Positions 51,841-54,041 of a DNA stretch of 54,041 bases are shown piece by piece (position 1 is the stretch's first letter; the number at the start of each line of letters is the position of its first letter). The notes below the pieces were generated by a model, which was not told where the DNA came from, searched no databases, and saw only the letters and a program-made list of their open reading frames with translations. Source of the DNA: Bigelowiella natans CCMP2755 (lineage: Eukaryota; Protista; Cercozoa); assembly GCA_000320545.1 (NCBI GenBank), contig ADNK01003127.1:1-54041 (forward strand), in the 5' to 3' direction. The translations under genes and the position numbers were made by a program.

Positions 51841-52391
51841 GCATGACAAAAACGTAAAAGACCTTTATCCCTCCTCCTTTCTTAGCAATCTCATCTAGTT
51901 TCAAGCAGACGTCCGTTGGCATGGCGGGGTCTCCATTTCTTCAGGGCGTGAAGATGGAAAGGAGGAGGAGGAGGAGGAGGAGGAGGAGGAGGAAGAAGAC
52001 ATTAATTACAATATCTTTAAACCCTCCTCTTCTTCCTGCACACATTTCCTTCTCACGCTACTGTTACCCAATGACGTTATTGGCACAGTCAGCATTCTTA
52101 CACACCACGTACGCACGCACATATTTACGTGCAAGAACACTCACCGATGCATGTTAAAATTGAACTCGGTGACAAGATCCCGTTTCTGGAATCTATATGC
52201 AGTAGAAGCAGACACAGCGACAACAGCAATAGAAGGTGTAAGTTGTTGGGATGAGAAAGAAGAAGAAGACAGGGGGGGGGGGACCAAAAGCGACCACCCA
52301 TCACTCTAAGCACTCTTCTCCGTGAAGTGTGAAGGAAGATTATAGTGTTTTTAACGTATATTTCTCGAGAGCCTAAAATACTCTTGCGCTG

Positions 52392-52422
<31 letters not shown>

Positions 52423-52659
52423 CTATATCGAAGATCGGAGAGTGTCGGCATGTATCATCATCATGATCTCATTTATCTCGCACCGATGCGTCATCTTAAG
52501 TGCGGACGGGGAGTTGCATGCGTGGTTGGACCCCAGATTAGCACAGAGCATGTCCTCCTGGAAGAGGAAGAGGAAGAGAAGGAAGAAGAAGAAGAAGAAA
52601 CAGCAGCAATGAAAGAGGAATCGCACATACGTGAGAGGAGGGGGGCTACCAGAACTCTA

Positions 52660-52710
<51 letters not shown>

Positions 52711-53238
52711 TTCTTCTTTCATCCCACCCCCTCTCAACCTCCACCTCACCACGGAATGCGTTGCTCGATAAGGGGGGGGGGGGGGGAACCTCTGGCCGCA
52801 TCATCTCCGACTTGAAGCACGAGGTCCGCTTGAGCGCTGCGTGGGCTGTGTTTTGGGGTTGCGAGGAAAGCGGCCTCACGCACCGACGAAACATGCCGCT
52901 CATGGTCTAAGATCAACATCAAGAGGGAGAGGACCAGGATGAGAAGGATGGAACATGTGGTAAATGACGACGAAGATGCTAATAGAGTGTCGTTTTTTAC
53001 ATTCCTTGCCGTTGTCACCACCACCACCACCACCAGCCACCTGCATCATCCCCCCGCCCCCCCCATCCCCACACCCCTGGCCCTCTTATGGATAGTAGCA
53101 AGATGATGACCATGGGAGGGAGGTTCTTTCTCGCTGCGGCGACATAGCCGAACGTGGAGGTTGAAGAGACGATGAGGTCGTCGCACTCCGATAATAAGAA
53201 GTTGTCCACCGCCGCTCCATACCTTACGACACACGTGA

Positions 53239-53275
<37 letters not shown>

Positions 53276-54041
53276 ATAATGAGGAAATGTGTATTTCAAC
53301 GATCGACATCACACGCACGCACGCACGCCCGCACCATCCTTCCTTTCCCGCAAGATCGCCGCCCCTAACGGTCTCGTAGTAAACCAGTCGCTTCCCGAGA
53401 GCCCTGTGGAACGAAGAACGTATTAATTGATGACGACTGCTATGATGATAATGATGATGATGATAATGATGATGATAATAGTCGAGGATGGACGCATACG
53501 TCGAGACTAGCACGATCGAGTACACACACACACACACACACTCTCTCTCTCTCTCCCTCTCTCTCTCTCTCCCTCTCTCTGAACTGCGCAAAGATATGTG
53601 TGTATCGAGCATCCTAAATACAGGCAGTGGACGACGACATCGTGTACCTTTGTGCTTCGTGAATGATCTGGGGGCTGTCTGATGCGATGAAGTACCTGAC
53701 CTTCTTCTGCTTCTTCAGCGGAAGTTGCCTGGAGAACAAGCACATAAAGGTCGTCGCCATCAATGGCGTTTGTATTTAGATATATATGCTGTGTTACGGT
53801 GTTGTATGGTGGTGCTGCTACTGACACTCGCATGCTGAAAGCGGGGGCGAAGGGGTGGGGGGGGTGAGAGGCGAAGGATGAAAGTGGTTGCGACAGCAAA
53901 AATGGCGGCGATAAGTACACCGACTATATAGAGTATCATGAGGCTATCATATAAGGAGGAGGAGGAGAAGGAGGAGGAGGAGGAGGCCAAAGAAGAGAAG
54001 CTGATATTTATAGTGATTAGCAGCCGTCCCCCCCCCCCCCT
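49902..54041 (-). CDS. Fucosyltransferase-like (GT37/GT23/NodZ-type GT-B) protein with helical C-terminal extension; 5'-partial, multi-exon
   Basis: RYFIASDSPQIIHEAQR|ALGKRLVYY..., AAVDNFLLSECDDLIVSSTSTFGYVAAA (alpha-FucT motifs II and III). Downstream helical exons end ...AHSALRLIT* at 49902. Confidence 0.7.

Larger units (their letters stand above)
4130..53580. repeat. Dozens of intronic microsatellites: (TA)n, (CA)n, (GA)n, (GAG)n, (GAT)n, (TAG)n, G/C runs
   Basis: Examples: (TA)n ~4139-4166, 9531-9562, 14863-14898; (GAT)n ~8854-8890; (GGA)n ~45977-46040; (CT)n(GT)n ~31426-31494. Almost all lie between spliced exons. Confidence 0.95.

Overview
Gene-dense, intron-rich eukaryotic nuclear DNA with microsatellite-packed introns. 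Bipartite signal+transit presequences point to an alga with a secondary plastid, possibly a chlorarachniophyte (inference). The ORF track misses most genes because they are spliced, so I reassembled exons by hand from GT/AG boundaries and protein motifs. The window opens with the 5' half of a Ty3/Gypsy LTR retrotransposon (LTR, PBS, single gag-pol frame). Fifteen genes follow, alternating strand perfectly: Nup35, MMAB, SWEET, cytochrome b5 reductase, TraB-family, SET methyltransferase, C39-like secreted protein, EF-hand protein, TruA, HAD-like, thioredoxin-fold selenoprotein, DPH7, KMO, SAM-domain protein and a fucosyltransferase-like gene. The top finding is a 141-aa thioredoxin-fold protein with an in-frame UGA in a U-P-S-C redox motif and a canonical type II SECIS in its 3' UTR. 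Other highlights are a TraB protein with a POTRA-like insertion, a putatively plastid-targeted SWEET, candidate GC and GA splice donors, and a dispersed repeat family.
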